A DNA stretch of 41,247 bases, from IMG/VR virus record IMGVR_UViG_3300042939_000259, positions 1 to 41,247 of that record. One strand, given 5' to 3'. The stretch comes from a virus. Taxonomy: Duplodnaviria; Caudoviricetes. Shown here one piece after another: positions 9,549 to 19,030 of this stretch; within the stretch, counting starts at the first letter, position 1, and each line of letters begins with the position of its first letter. The notes under the pieces were generated by a model, which ran no database searches, had not been told where the DNA came from, and saw only the letters and a list, made by a program, of their open reading frames with translations. A program made the translations under genes and the position numbers.

Positions 9549-10427
9549 ATGAATAATATTTCTTTTATAAATGGGTTTTTGGGCGCTTTCGGTGTTTGCC
9601 CGCCTTGCATAGACGAGGATAACGCCCCTAATTATCTTTGCGACCCGTGCGATTCAACTGTTTATTCAGGTGGTATCGCTGGTTGGTTTGCAAAAAAATG
9701 TAACTACGAATTTGCTGATATTACAGATTCTACTGAGTGGGAAACTGCAATAGCTGATAAAAACGTTTTTGGCCGCGTTAACGGTAGCCGTATTAGCGGT
9801 GGTTTGCCTGCACCTGAATTTACTACAAAAAAACGTGGTAGTTGCGGTCAGGAGGAGGTAGTAAAACAGTCGCGTGTTGTATCACTTACCGATGCTGAAA
9901 ATGACCTTACATTTACTATTGATGCTCTTTATAACTTCCTTTCAAATCCTGCTAAAGCTGCGGGTTATGAATTTGGTTTTGTAACTTGCGATGGTCGTTT
10001 TTTAGGTTGGTATTCAAACGTAACTGTTCGCCCGTTCTATCAGATTGCTGAAACTGATGAAGACGATGCTTATTGGACAGTTGAATTTAGATACAATGAA
10101 CAATTAGGTACATTTAGCCAATTGTCTTTAGACTTCTTGCTAACATTGCCTTATAACGTTTGTTGGGTTACTTCAATTGTTGTAACAGGAACAGGTGGTT
10201 TAACAACTATTGCTGATGGTGCTACGTTGCAAATGCTTGCAGCTATTCTACCATTGAACGCTACTGATTCAACTGTTACATGGTCGGTTGTTAACGGCAC
10301 AGGTACAGCTACTATTAGCGTGGGCGGTTTGCTTACTGCTACGGGCGCGGGCTTAGTTACTGTTATCGCAACGGCTAACGATGCTTCGGGCGTAACTGGT
10401 TCACTTGTAATTACAATTACACCATAG
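9549..10427 (+). CDS. Major tail tube protein with C-terminal Ig-like (Big_2) domain
   Basis: C-terminus VTSIVVTG...PLNATDSTVTWS...GLLTATGAGLVTVIATANDASGV is a typical Big_2; terminator follows. Confidence 0.7.
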   Translation: MNNISFINGFLGAFGVCPPCIDEDNAPNYLCDPCDSTVYSGGIAGWFAKKCNYEFADITDSTEWETAIADKNVFGRVNGSRISGGLPAPEFTTKKRGSCGQEEVVKQSRVVSLTDAENDLTFTIDALYNFLSNPAKAAGYEFGFVTCDGRFLGWYSNVTVRPFYQIAETDEDDAYWTVEFRYNEQLGTFSQLSLDFLLTLPYNVCWVTSIVVTGTGGLTTIADGATLQMLAAILPLNATDSTVTWSVVNGTGTATISVGGLLTATGAGLVTVIATANDASGVTGSLVITITP

Positions 10428-10435
10428 TATTTATA

Positions 10436-10466
10436 AGGGCGGTTATTTAATGTAGCCGCCCTATTT
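10436..10466 (+). terminator. Hairpin/terminator after tail tube gene
   Basis: AGGGCGGTTA / TAGCCGCCCT inverted repeat; short U tract. Confidence 0.55.
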
Positions 10467-10479
10467 AAAATTAAATATA

Positions 10480-12237
10480 ATGAACTTAGAACAGTTTTAT
10501 CAATTTTTAGATTCTGTAAATGCTACAATACTAAACCCGCCCGTGCATCCATTTCGCGCGGATTGGAAACGTATTTATGAAAGCATAAAGCCTCACTTCT
10601 ATGGTGAAGTGCCGCCCGCGTTGGATAAGGCTTTTCCAAATGAAGATGAACAGATTTTAGCTTATAGAAAAAATACCTATCAGCCTAAAACAGAATCGCC
10701 ACTTGTTAAAGCTATAACCGAATTGCATAGGTTGCTAAGTTCTGCTAAACATTCTGTACGTTTTGAAAATACAGATATGAAAGAATTTGCCGAAAATGAA
10801 AAGTTTGGCGATTCTACTTTACAAAATTATATATTTTCTGTTTTTATTCCGAACCGCGTACTTGACCCTAACGCCGTTCTACTTATCGAACCTAAAGGCG
10901 AAGGTATTGAAAGCGATAACGTGCGCGTTAATGTAGATATGAAAGTAATACAGTCTGATAGGATTGTTTTTAACGACCCCGAATACAGACTACTAATATA
11001 TAAAGGCATATCAAAAAATAAATATGCTACGTTAGGTATTGAGAATCCGCTATATTATCACATTGTTACCGATATGTTTTACGCACAGGCGCGCGCGTAT
11101 GGGGATAAAACAATGTTTGAAGTTATCTATGAACATAACAGCGGAATTATGCCGTGGGTTACTTTAGGCGGTCGCGTTGTACCTAAATATGATTCTTATG
11201 GCAATACGTTTAAAATTTATAAGTCTGATTTTAGCCCTGCAATACCTTATCTTAATGATGCTGCTATTTTTGATAATCAGCATAAATCGGTTATGCTTGC
11301 GACATGCTTCCCTATTAAATTTGTTGAAGGGGTTGATTGTAACAGCTGTAATGGTGTGGGGCGCGTTCCTGACCCAAATGATTACGACACTTCAATAACA
11401 TGTAAAACGTGTTTAGGGCATGGCAAAACGTTAAGCATTACACCGCTTGCAGCCTATAACTTAAATCCTACTACTTCGAAGTTTGGAGATAATGATAAGC
11501 AACAAGTAGAACCGATACGTTATTATAGCCCTGATGTTTCGACTATTCAGGAAACAAACAAGGTGGCAACAGAATCATTAGGCAAAGCGGAACAGGTGTT
11601 AAATATTAACCGTTCGCTTAAAGCTGCTCAGTCGGGTGTTGCAAAAGAATTAGACCGCGAACCTGAATATATAGAAGTTGGTAAAATTAGTGATGATGTT
11701 TATGCACGTTATAAAGAAGTCTTGCGTATTATTCAGGCTATAGTTTTTATGGATACTGAAAGTCCTATTTTTGTAAATCCGCCAATTAGTTTTGACCTAA
11801 AAACAGAAACTGAGCTAATGGCAGAATTTGCATTATCACAGCAAGGCTTACCAACTGCTATACGTTACGAATCATATATAAGCTATGTTGACCGCCGTTA
11901 TAATGCTGATGCAATAGCACGCCAAATAGCCACCATTTGCGCTATGTATAATAGTGCATATCTTTATACAGTAGATGAACGTGTACAGCTTTTGGCTTCG
12001 GGACAAATAACTGAAAAGGATGCAATTAGCGCACAATTTGTTTTTGACGCTGTTACTGAATTGTATTATGATGAAGGCTTTGATATTATGGGTAGCGAAT
12101 ACACAGCTATTAAAGAAGCTATTGATGAAAAGTTGGCGCCGCGTTTTGATGCTGTTGCAAGTAATGTAGTTCCTGAGGTTAATATGGATGAATTTAATAA
12201 TTCAGATAATTCAGATAACGAAGAAGATAATAACTAA
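10480..12237 (+). CDS. Portal protein with DnaJ-type zinc finger insert
   Basis: 585 aa, first head gene, QSGVAKELD motif like SPP1-type portals, acidic tail; CNSCNGVG...CKTCLGHG. Confidence 0.75.
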   Translation: MNLEQFYQFLDSVNATILNPPVHPFRADWKRIYESIKPHFYGEVPPALDKAFPNEDEQILAYRKNTYQPKTESPLVKAITELHRLLSSAKHSVRFENTDMKEFAENEKFGDSTLQNYIFSVFIPNRVLDPNAVLLIEPKGEGIESDNVRVNVDMKVIQSDRIVFNDPEYRLLIYKGISKNKYATLGIENPLYYHIVTDMFYAQARAYGDKTMFEVIYEHNSGIMPWVTLGGRVVPKYDSYGNTFKIYKSDFSPAIPYLNDAAIFDNQHKSVMLATCFPIKFVEGVDCNSCNGVGRVPDPNDYDTSITCKTCLGHGKTLSITPLAAYNLNPTTSKFGDNDKQQVEPIRYYSPDVSTIQETNKVATESLGKAEQVLNINRSLKAAQSGVAKELDREPEYIEVGKISDDVYARYKEVLRIIQAIVFMDTESPIFVNPPISFDLKTETELMAEFALSQQGLPTAIRYESYISYVDRRYNADAIARQIATICAMYNSAYLYTVDERVQLLASGQITEKDAISAQFVFDAVTELYYDEGFDIMGSEYTAIKEAIDEKLAPRFDAVASNVVPEVNMDEFNNSDNSDNEEDNN

Positions 12238-13088
12238 TGGACTTTAATAAACCCGAAAGAATTAACGACAAAGCACTTGAAATTTTACAGAAGCGGTTTG
12301 ATAAAGTAGAACCTAAATTTGTAAAACAAGTTGTCGATTGGATTAGTAAGTTTAGAACAACATCGGGCAATTTAGTAAGGTCAAAGGAAAACTTAGCGCG
12401 TTTAGGTTCGTTTAAAACTGCACTTAATAGGTTTTTAGAAAAGGCTGGATATAATGTAATGGTTTCGGGTTTCTTAGAAAACTTTGACGAAATAGGCGCT
12501 AATACTCAGCTTGTTCAACAAGAATTAAACGGCTTACAAATAACAAAAAGTTTTTTAAACCCATTTAAAAGATATGCTGTTAATAATGTAATTGCTGCAA
12601 TGCAGGGACAGGGATTGAATACAAATTTAATAAACCCGCTTAAAAATGAATTGCTAATTGCAGTAAATCAGGGCAGCAGCCTTACAGATGTTGTTACTTC
12701 AATAGCAGGGCAATTAACAACAAGTGAAGCACGTCAAGGCGTTTTAAAACGAATTAGTTTGCAGGCATCACGCGATGCGTTATTACAGTACGATGGAATA
12801 GTAAACGAAGCGGTGCGAAAGTCTTATAAATTAGATGCCTTGTTATACGTTGGTAGTTTAGTAAAGGATAGCCGATTGCAATGTGAGGAATGGGTTAATT
12901 ATGATAAAAACGGTAAAAAAGGTTTAATATTATTTGAGGAATTAGAAGAACAAATTTTATTTGCAGAAAATGAAGGTACGGGAATGATACCAAATACAAC
13001 GCCCGAAAACTTTTGTCAAAATCGCGGCGGTTATAATTGTAGGCATATTGCTTACCCAGTACGTTCAGAGAATTATAAGAAAAAATAA
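12237..13088 (+). CDS. Minor head morphogenesis protein (SPP1 gp7/Mu gpF-like)
   Basis: Follows portal; DSRxxC and GGYNCRH motifs. Confidence 0.75.
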   Translation: MDFNKPERINDKALEILQKRFDKVEPKFVKQVVDWISKFRTTSGNLVRSKENLARLGSFKTALNRFLEKAGYNVMVSGFLENFDEIGANTQLVQQELNGLQITKSFLNPFKRYAVNNVIAAMQGQGLNTNLINPLKNELLIAVNQGSSLTDVVTSIAGQLTTSEARQGVLKRISLQASRDALLQYDGIVNEAVRKSYKLDALLYVGSLVKDSRLQCEEWVNYDKNGKKGLILFEELEEQILFAENEGTGMIPNTTPENFCQNRGGYNCRHIAYPVRSENYKKK

Positions 13089-13094
13089 AACACT

Positions 13095-13286
13095 ATGTTA
13101 GTGATAAAAGCAAAGCATAAAACAAGCGGTACTGAATATCAGTTTACACCTGCACAATGGTACGCGGAACAACAAACAGGTAATTATAATTATTTAGGTA
13201 CAATTCATGTATCAGAACCCGCACAACCCATTCAAAGAACAGTCACCCCCAAACGCGGCTGCGGCTGCGCAAATAAACGTAGATAA
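13095..13286 (+). CDS. Small hypothetical protein (C-terminal KRGCGC)
   Basis: 63 aa, in operon. Confidence 0.6.
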   Translation: MLVIKAKHKTSGTEYQFTPAQWYAEQQTGNYNYLGTIHVSEPAQPIQRTVTPKRGCGCANKRR

Positions 13287-13287
13287 T

Positions 13288-13647
13288 ATGGCACGTTGGT
13301 ATAAGTTTGTTATTCAATTAGAATACAATGAAGAACCGTTAACACTTGAGGAACTTCAAAGCGATTTTCAAGACGCTGTACAATGCGAAGACTATAAGAC
13401 AGCGGCAAAAATCAAAAAACAAATAGATGAAAGATTATTAGATGATGAATCTAAATTTATAGTTGAACTTGAAGACTATTGTTATATTGACCTCGATGAA
13501 GTTGCAACATTCTATAAGTCACAATGGGAAAACGGCGATGAATTTACAAAGATTATTTTAAAGGGCAGTTCTGAATTGCCGCTTAGTATAAAATTTGAAG
13601 AGTTTACAAAATTATTTTTTAAATTAAACACACATGAAAATGCTTGA
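13288..13647 (+). CDS. UVR (UvrB/UvrC coiled-coil) motif protein
   Basis: LEELQSDFQDAVQCEDYKTAAKIKKQI matches the UVR consensus; ATG 13288 chosen to avoid overlap. Confidence 0.7.
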   Translation: MARWYKFVIQLEYNEEPLTLEELQSDFQDAVQCEDYKTAAKIKKQIDERLLDDESKFIVELEDYCYIDLDEVATFYKSQWENGDEFTKIILKGSSELPLSIKFEEFTKLFFKLNTHENA

Positions 13648-14464
13648 CAAATTTGTAGAAAAATTGGGAATAGAACCCGAACTAATTTCAAAATTAGAAT
13701 CAAACGAAATTACATTAGATGAAGCCGTAACGGGTTATGTATCTAAAATTGAACGTACTGTTCAGGAACGTTTAGGCAAACAGATTGAAGAAGCTAAAAG
13801 CGCTGAACTATTTGGCGCTGCTTATGCTAAAACAGAAAAACAGATTGCCGATGCTTTTGCTATTGACCTAAAAAAATATGAAGCAATAGACAAAAAAGAT
13901 AGGTTTAAAACTATTGTTAACGATTTGAAAAATAGCCAGTATGAAACAATTGAAAGGCTTAAATCTGAATACACTTCAGCCGATGCGCAAAAGTTGCAGC
14001 AATTAACTCAGCAGTTAGAATTAGCCAATGCAAAACTAACTGAAAAGGAAATGATAATGCAACAGGCTATTAAAGAAGAACAGGGCAAATTTCAAAGCTA
14101 CATTAAGAATCAGCAAATAGATAAAGTGCGCGGTTCATTAGTTGAATCTGTAAAAAATGCACGTTTAGCACCTAAAGAAATGCGTGCAATTTTAGAAGCT
14201 GAAATTCGTGAACGTGGTTTGGATTTTGAAATAGATTCCGATAATAATATTTGGGTTAACAAAGATGGAAACCGTGTAAAGCATCCATCTAAGCCTACTG
14301 AAAATTTAAAGTACGAAACACTATTTGAAATTATAGCAGCTGAGTATAATTTTGAAAAGCAATCAAACGGCGGTCAACCAAAAAGTTTTGAAATTGACGA
14401 TAAGGCAAAAAGCGGAATGCACCCCGCGCGTTTAAAATACTTACAGGAAAACGGCATGATTTAG
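13634..14464 (+). CDS. Capsid scaffolding protein
   Basis: Charged coiled-coil protein immediately before capsid gene. Confidence 0.7.
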   Translation: MKMLDKFVEKLGIEPELISKLESNEITLDEAVTGYVSKIERTVQERLGKQIEEAKSAELFGAAYAKTEKQIADAFAIDLKKYEAIDKKDRFKTIVNDLKNSQYETIERLKSEYTSADAQKLQQLTQQLELANAKLTEKEMIMQQAIKEEQGKFQSYIKNQQIDKVRGSLVESVKNARLAPKEMRAILEAEIRERGLDFEIDSDNNIWVNKDGNRVKHPSKPTENLKYETLFEIIAAEYNFEKQSNGGQPKSFEIDDKAKSGMHPARLKYLQENGMI

Positions 14465-14484
14465 TTTAGTTAGTTAATAGTTTG

Positions 14485-14511
14485 GGCAGTTCGAAAGGGC
14501 TGCCTTTTTTT
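14485..14511 (+). terminator. Rho-independent terminator
   Basis: GGCAGTTC-GAAA-GGGCTGCC followed by T7. Confidence 0.85.
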
Positions 14512-14561
14512 GTTTAATAATTATATAAAAAAATTATAAAATATTTTACAAAAATACCTTT

Positions 14562-14569
14562 TATCTTTG
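14562..14569 (+). promoter_or_regulatory. Bacteroidota -7 promoter element for capsid gene
   Basis: TATCTTTG after a terminator, about 110 nt before capsid ATG. Confidence 0.65.
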
Positions 14570-14682
14570 CAGTAACGACCTCTCACAAAATAGGGTGCTA
14601 AGGCACAGAAAAAAAACAGAACGCTGGCAGCGTGGAAAATGCCAAACAAAAAACAATTTTTTATATTATTAAATTACAATAA

Positions 14683-16401
14683 ATGTCAACTATAAAACTC
14701 GCTGATGCGTGGAAAATTATAGACATATCGCTAAATAATAATAGCGGTATGCGCTCCATGCCATCGCCAAATATCGGACTATTGCAATTGCTTGTTTCAG
14801 CTGCTAATAAATCCGCTTCACAAGTTAAACTCGGTAACGTTCAGGCTGTTGAACAAGGTAACGGTAAAGTTTACAAAGTTTCACGCCGTTTTTTCCCGCG
14901 TCTATCTGAATCTAACGCTACTTCAATTGAATATTGCCCAACAGACGGCGATGTTGTTAAGCCGCTTTATGATGAAATTGAAATTACAAATAAAACAGTT
15001 TCACAGAAAATTAAGATTGACGATGAGTTAATTCGTTGTATCAAAGAAAGCCGCGCCGATTATCAAAACAGCTACGTTAATGAAGTTCTAAGAAATCACA
15101 TTAACAGACTTGGTAAAGAAGTTTCTACTGTTGTAGCTAATAACGGTTTTATTGGTTCATTCGTTAAATGCGATTGTGCTGACCCTGCTGTTACTTCTAA
15201 GTCTTTGCCTTTGTTCCTTTCAAGTGGTTTAGGTATTAACCCTGTTGGTGAATCTATTTTAGATAGCGACCGCAAACAAGCTGAAATTGAACAACAAATG
15301 ATTCTTATCGGTGGTACTTTGCTTGACCAATACCGTAAAGCCCGTGCAATTGCAAGTGGTAATGATAACGGTTTTGACGCGTCACTACTTGACATTACAC
15401 GTTCAATTTTCTACGATACTAACCTACCTGCTGCACTTGGTAATACCAATGAAATTATTGCAATGGCACCAGGTGCGCTTCAACTTGTAACTTACGCAAA
15501 GAACAAAGGTCAATTCACTTATGACTTTGAAGACCAAATGCGCACTACAGTTGTTGACCCTTGGTTAGGTATTGAACATGATGTAGTTATGTCTTACGTT
15601 AAGTGTAATGATGAAATTGAACTATACATCCAATTCGCTACTAATTGGGCCGTAGTTGGTATGCCTAAATGTTGGGCTGTTAACGATTGTTTGTTTGATG
15701 GTGTACTTGATGTATTCAAATATGAAGTTGTTTGCGCTGACACAGGATATTGCGATATTGAACCAGCTTGCGGTGCTGCAGGTGCGCCCGTTGCTACTGA
15801 TGCAACGTTCTGCGAATCTGCTGATGCTTGCGATGTAGCTTGTAACGCCGTATTCTATTCTAAAACTGTAAAAGGTGAAGTATTCACAGGTGATGAATTA
15901 GATGTTACTGATGCAGTTGCAATTCAAATTAACGGTTTGCCATTTAGCGTTGGCGGTTCTTTTGATACAGGAACTTCGGGTGGTGCAAATGGTTTTGTAG
16001 CTGCTGCACAGGCTGCACTTGCAAGTGTAGGTTCTATCTTTACCGTTGCAGGTGGATGGGATGGTACAGGCTTAACAATTTTTGTATTCGGTAATGCTAC
16101 TGTAACATCGGTTGTTATTGTTTCTGCTACAGGTTCTGATGTTGCGCTTACAGTTTCTACTCAAACACTTTACAATGTTTACAGCGCTTCAACACCTTCA
16201 ACAAGTGCAACGCTTACTAACCTTGACTGGGTTTTAGATTCAAATTCATTTGACGGTGCGCCTAATGCACAGATTTTAGGTGAAACCAATGTATTTGGAA
16301 CTTATAGCAATTTCTACACTACAAGTACTAATACAGGTGCTGCACAGCTTATCATTACTGATAGCGCTGCATGCAACGATACTTTTAACGGTACAATTTA
16401 G
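14683..16401 (+). CDS. Major capsid protein with C-terminal extension
   Basis: 572 aa after scaffold, own promoter and terminator, biased codon usage (GCT/GGT/AAC/TTC). Confidence 0.75.
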   Translation: MSTIKLADAWKIIDISLNNNSGMRSMPSPNIGLLQLLVSAANKSASQVKLGNVQAVEQGNGKVYKVSRRFFPRLSESNATSIEYCPTDGDVVKPLYDEIEITNKTVSQKIKIDDELIRCIKESRADYQNSYVNEVLRNHINRLGKEVSTVVANNGFIGSFVKCDCADPAVTSKSLPLFLSSGLGINPVGESILDSDRKQAEIEQQMILIGGTLLDQYRKARAIASGNDNGFDASLLDITRSIFYDTNLPAALGNTNEIIAMAPGALQLVTYAKNKGQFTYDFEDQMRTTVVDPWLGIEHDVVMSYVKCNDEIELYIQFATNWAVVGMPKCWAVNDCLFDGVLDVFKYEVVCADTGYCDIEPACGAAGAPVATDATFCESADACDVACNAVFYSKTVKGEVFTGDELDVTDAVAIQINGLPFSVGGSFDTGTSGGANGFVAAAQAALASVGSIFTVAGGWDGTGLTIFVFGNATVTSVVIVSATGSDVALTVSTQTLYNVYSASTPSTSATLTNLDWVLDSNSFDGAPNAQILGETNVFGTYSNFYTTSTNTGAAQLIITDSAACNDTFNGTI

Positions 16402-16414
16402 TTTTAATGATTCG

Positions 16415-16437
16415 GGGGCGGGAAACCGCCCCTTTTT
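16415..16437 (+). terminator. Rho-independent terminator
   Basis: GGGGCGG-GAAA-CCGCCCC plus T tract. Confidence 0.9.
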
Positions 16438-16450
16438 AAAATAAAAACAC

Positions 16451-16831
16451 ATGGTAAACTATTCAAAAAAAATAGCACAGGCATTAACAATAATTCGCAA
16501 ATATTACGGCGCTATAAATATACAGCGTACCGATAACGAAGATGTTGTTTACTTATTCGACTATACAACACAAAAGAAAACAATAGGAAGCGAAAAGATT
16601 AACAAGGCTGTTGAAAAGGCCGTAAAGCAAAATGATTTTCCTAAAGATATTTATTATTCAGATGGGTTATTATCTGTAATTAAAATAGAAGAAAATGTAC
16701 AACAATACCAACAACCCGAAACCATCGAAACCGAAGCCGATGAAACCCTTGAAGCCGAAGAAATAACCGAAACTGAAAAGCCTAAAAAACGCGGTCGCAA
16801 AAAACAAACTGAATTAGATGCTGAATCTTAA
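16451..16831 (+). CDS. Hypothetical protein (acidic tail, KPKKRGRKK)
   Basis: 126 aa post-capsid gene. Confidence 0.7.
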   Translation: MVNYSKKIAQALTIIRKYYGAINIQRTDNEDVVYLFDYTTQKKTIGSEKINKAVEKAVKQNDFPKDIYYSDGLLSVIKIEENVQQYQQPETIETEADETLEAEEITETEKPKKRGRKKQTELDAES

Positions 16832-17798
16832 TACACCTACTTGTTTAGAAAACTACATAATAAGTCTTAACGGCTGTTATCCTGAAAATACGGTACCAAC
16901 TTCGGGTTATTATTTAGAAAACCTTGAAGGGTTAACTATAAATAATGTCGCGGCAGTTAGTTCTGAGGCGCTTATTTCTGCTACTTTGACAGTACAGGAA
17001 AAAATGTATTTTGCAGCTGATGTGGTTGAAAAACGTTTGAAAGCTGTTTTAAATGCAAGGGGTATAAAATTAAATAGCATCGGTTCTAAATATGCTGTTT
17101 GCAGCGCTTCAAGTATTTCTGATATTCCCGTTGCTGCTAACCGTGGCATCAAAATATCAAAGAAGTGGATAGATAGCCCGCAAAGTAGAATATTTATTGA
17201 TTCAGTTAAATTTAAGGCAACAAATAACGGCAATACAACTATTTACGTAACTGATTATGCAGGGAATATATTATTTAGTCAGGCTGTTACTGTTTTTGCA
17301 GATACGGAAATGCACATTTTTGTTAAGAAATATTTTAAAGAAGATGTATTATTAGTAACTATTGACACTACTAATATAGCGCCTTATCTATACACGTGCA
17401 ACGCTGCTACAAACTGCAAACCATGTGGCGATACTGTTTTAGATGTTACCGGTTGGAACGGTGTTAGCGCTTCGCCTTCGGGTTATTTGGGCGCGTGTGT
17501 ACGTGTTGATTGTGTCGATACTGATATTATATGCCAGTTTTTAGACCGTTTAGGCATGGCTATTTTATATCAAACAGGCGTTCAAATTTTAAAAGAATGG
17601 GTTAGCCCTAATAACCGTTTGAATTTAATTAAAACACACGGTAACGAATGGGCAAATGTCAAAATAGTTGAATGGGAGAATGCAAGCATTGAGGCCTTAG
17701 ATAACGAAATTGATAATATTATTCAGCTATTAGAAGCTGACCGCTTTTGCTATAGATGTGAACCAAGATTGAGAATGTATCCAATGTTCCCAGGCTAA
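16818..17798 (+). CDS. Putative head-tail adaptor
   Basis: 326 aa, Cys-rich, position after capsid. Confidence 0.45.
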   Translation: MLNLNTPTCLENYIISLNGCYPENTVPTSGYYLENLEGLTINNVAAVSSEALISATLTVQEKMYFAADVVEKRLKAVLNARGIKLNSIGSKYAVCSASSISDIPVAANRGIKISKKWIDSPQSRIFIDSVKFKATNNGNTTIYVTDYAGNILFSQAVTVFADTEMHIFVKKYFKEDVLLVTIDTTNIAPYLYTCNAATNCKPCGDTVLDVTGWNGVSASPSGYLGACVRVDCVDTDIICQFLDRLGMAILYQTGVQILKEWVSPNNRLNLIKTHGNEWANVKIVEWENASIEALDNEIDNIIQLLEADRFCYRCEPRLRMYPMFPG

Positions 17799-18364
17799 TG
17801 ACTTTATCTGAACGATTAGAAATACTATCAGAAGTTGTAAATAATGACAACACGGCCCGTAGAATTTCACAGGTTGCCGCTATTCAAGTTATTGCAGAAT
17901 ATAAACAAAGAATATTTTTTAACGGTTTAGATTCAAATGGTAGTGCAATAGGTCAATATTCAGTAAATCCATTTTATATAAATCCATTAAGCCTTACAAC
18001 TGTTTCAGCAGGCGGCATAAAGCCCGAAGGTAAAAATGGGAATACTGTTTTTAAAAATGGCAATCCGCACAAAACAAAGTATTTAACACAAGGTTATAGA
18101 CAGTTAAGGGATTTAACGGGCCGACAATCTGAAACAGTTGATTTAAATTTTAGCGGTTCATTATTTCAAAGTATAGAAGTTACTGAAAGCGGAACTATAA
18201 GCGCTATTACTTATACAAATGATGAATTAGCAGGTATAATGGAAAGTAATGAAACGCGTTTTGGCAAAGACATTTCAACCGTTTCAACAGATGAACGCGA
18301 ATTAGGCGAAACGGCCGCACGAAATGAACTATTAGCAATTTTAGAAGAAATCGATTTACTATAA
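17798..18364 (+). CDS. Neck/tail completion protein (virion morphogenesis family-like)
   Basis: VDLNFSGSLFQSI resembles the LxxTGxLxxSI motif of this family. Confidence 0.55.
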   Translation: MTLSERLEILSEVVNNDNTARRISQVAAIQVIAEYKQRIFFNGLDSNGSAIGQYSVNPFYINPLSLTTVSAGGIKPEGKNGNTVFKNGNPHKTKYLTQGYRQLRDLTGRQSETVDLNFSGSLFQSIEVTESGTISAITYTNDELAGIMESNETRFGKDISTVSTDERELGETAARNELLAILEEIDLL

Positions 18365-18936
18365 TGTACGTAACACAAGATATAATAACCGAACTAATTA
18401 AACAGATTGATACTGCAATGGCAGCCGTAAATGTAAACGTTAACGGTAATGGCATTGCTGTCAAAGATACTTCAAGTCAGGTTGTTACTTTGAATGTTAC
18501 GCAAAACGGCACACGTAATTATGTTGGCATCACAGACACCTCGGGAGCGGGCTATTATATCCGTGTTAATGGTATTGTTTCGGAAACAAGAAAAGCCGCG
18601 AATACTAAGCGCGGAAGTTGTGGTATCGAATTGGATGTGCGTGTTCCACTTAAATTAGTTTTTTGGCATCTTTGCGCTGACCCGCGTATGTTATTAGATT
18701 CTGTTAAGTTTGCTGTTTACGGTGCGAATTTTAAAGGCATACAATGGCAATATGCTATAGTTAACCCGCGTTTGTTCCCGGTAAGTAATGAAATACTACC
18801 GTGGACTGTTTACGCCGCTGAAACAGGCAAAGACCCGAAAACGCTGTTAAGCCTTATGCAAATAGTTAGCTTAGATTTTGAATTACGATATGATTTTGCA
18901 CTAACTGAAAAGTGTAAACCGTTCACGATATGTTAA
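18364..18936 (+). CDS. Putative tail terminator/structural protein
   Basis: 190 aa, coupled, position only. Confidence 0.4.
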   Translation: MYVTQDIITELIKQIDTAMAAVNVNVNGNGIAVKDTSSQVVTLNVTQNGTRNYVGITDTSGAGYYIRVNGIVSETRKAANTKRGSCGIELDVRVPLKLVFWHLCADPRMLLDSVKFAVYGANFKGIQWQYAIVNPRLFPVSNEILPWTVYAAETGKDPKTLLSLMQIVSLDFELRYDFALTEKCKPFTIC

Positions 18937-18979
18937 GATTCACTATGCCGCCAAGTTTCGCTACCTTAGGCAATTAGTA

Positions 18980-19008
18980 GGGGGTTGGAATAAATACCCC
19001 CTTTTTTA
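18980..19008 (+). terminator. Rho-independent terminator
   Basis: GGGGGT / ACCCCC stem followed by T6. Confidence 0.7.
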
Positions 19009-19030
19009 GAAAAAATTAAACTTTATATAT

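Noticed and set aside
13207-13287. Upstream starts given by the ORF track (also 8539, 9507, 21345, 31246, 35572, 37861)
   Set aside because: They overlap neighbouring genes, promoters or the tRNA-like RNA; downstream ATGs fit better
18944-18985. Possible pseudoknot/riboswitch before the terminator
   Set aside because: Only 4-bp stems (TGCC/GGCA, CTAC/GTAG); no recognisable riboswitch consensus
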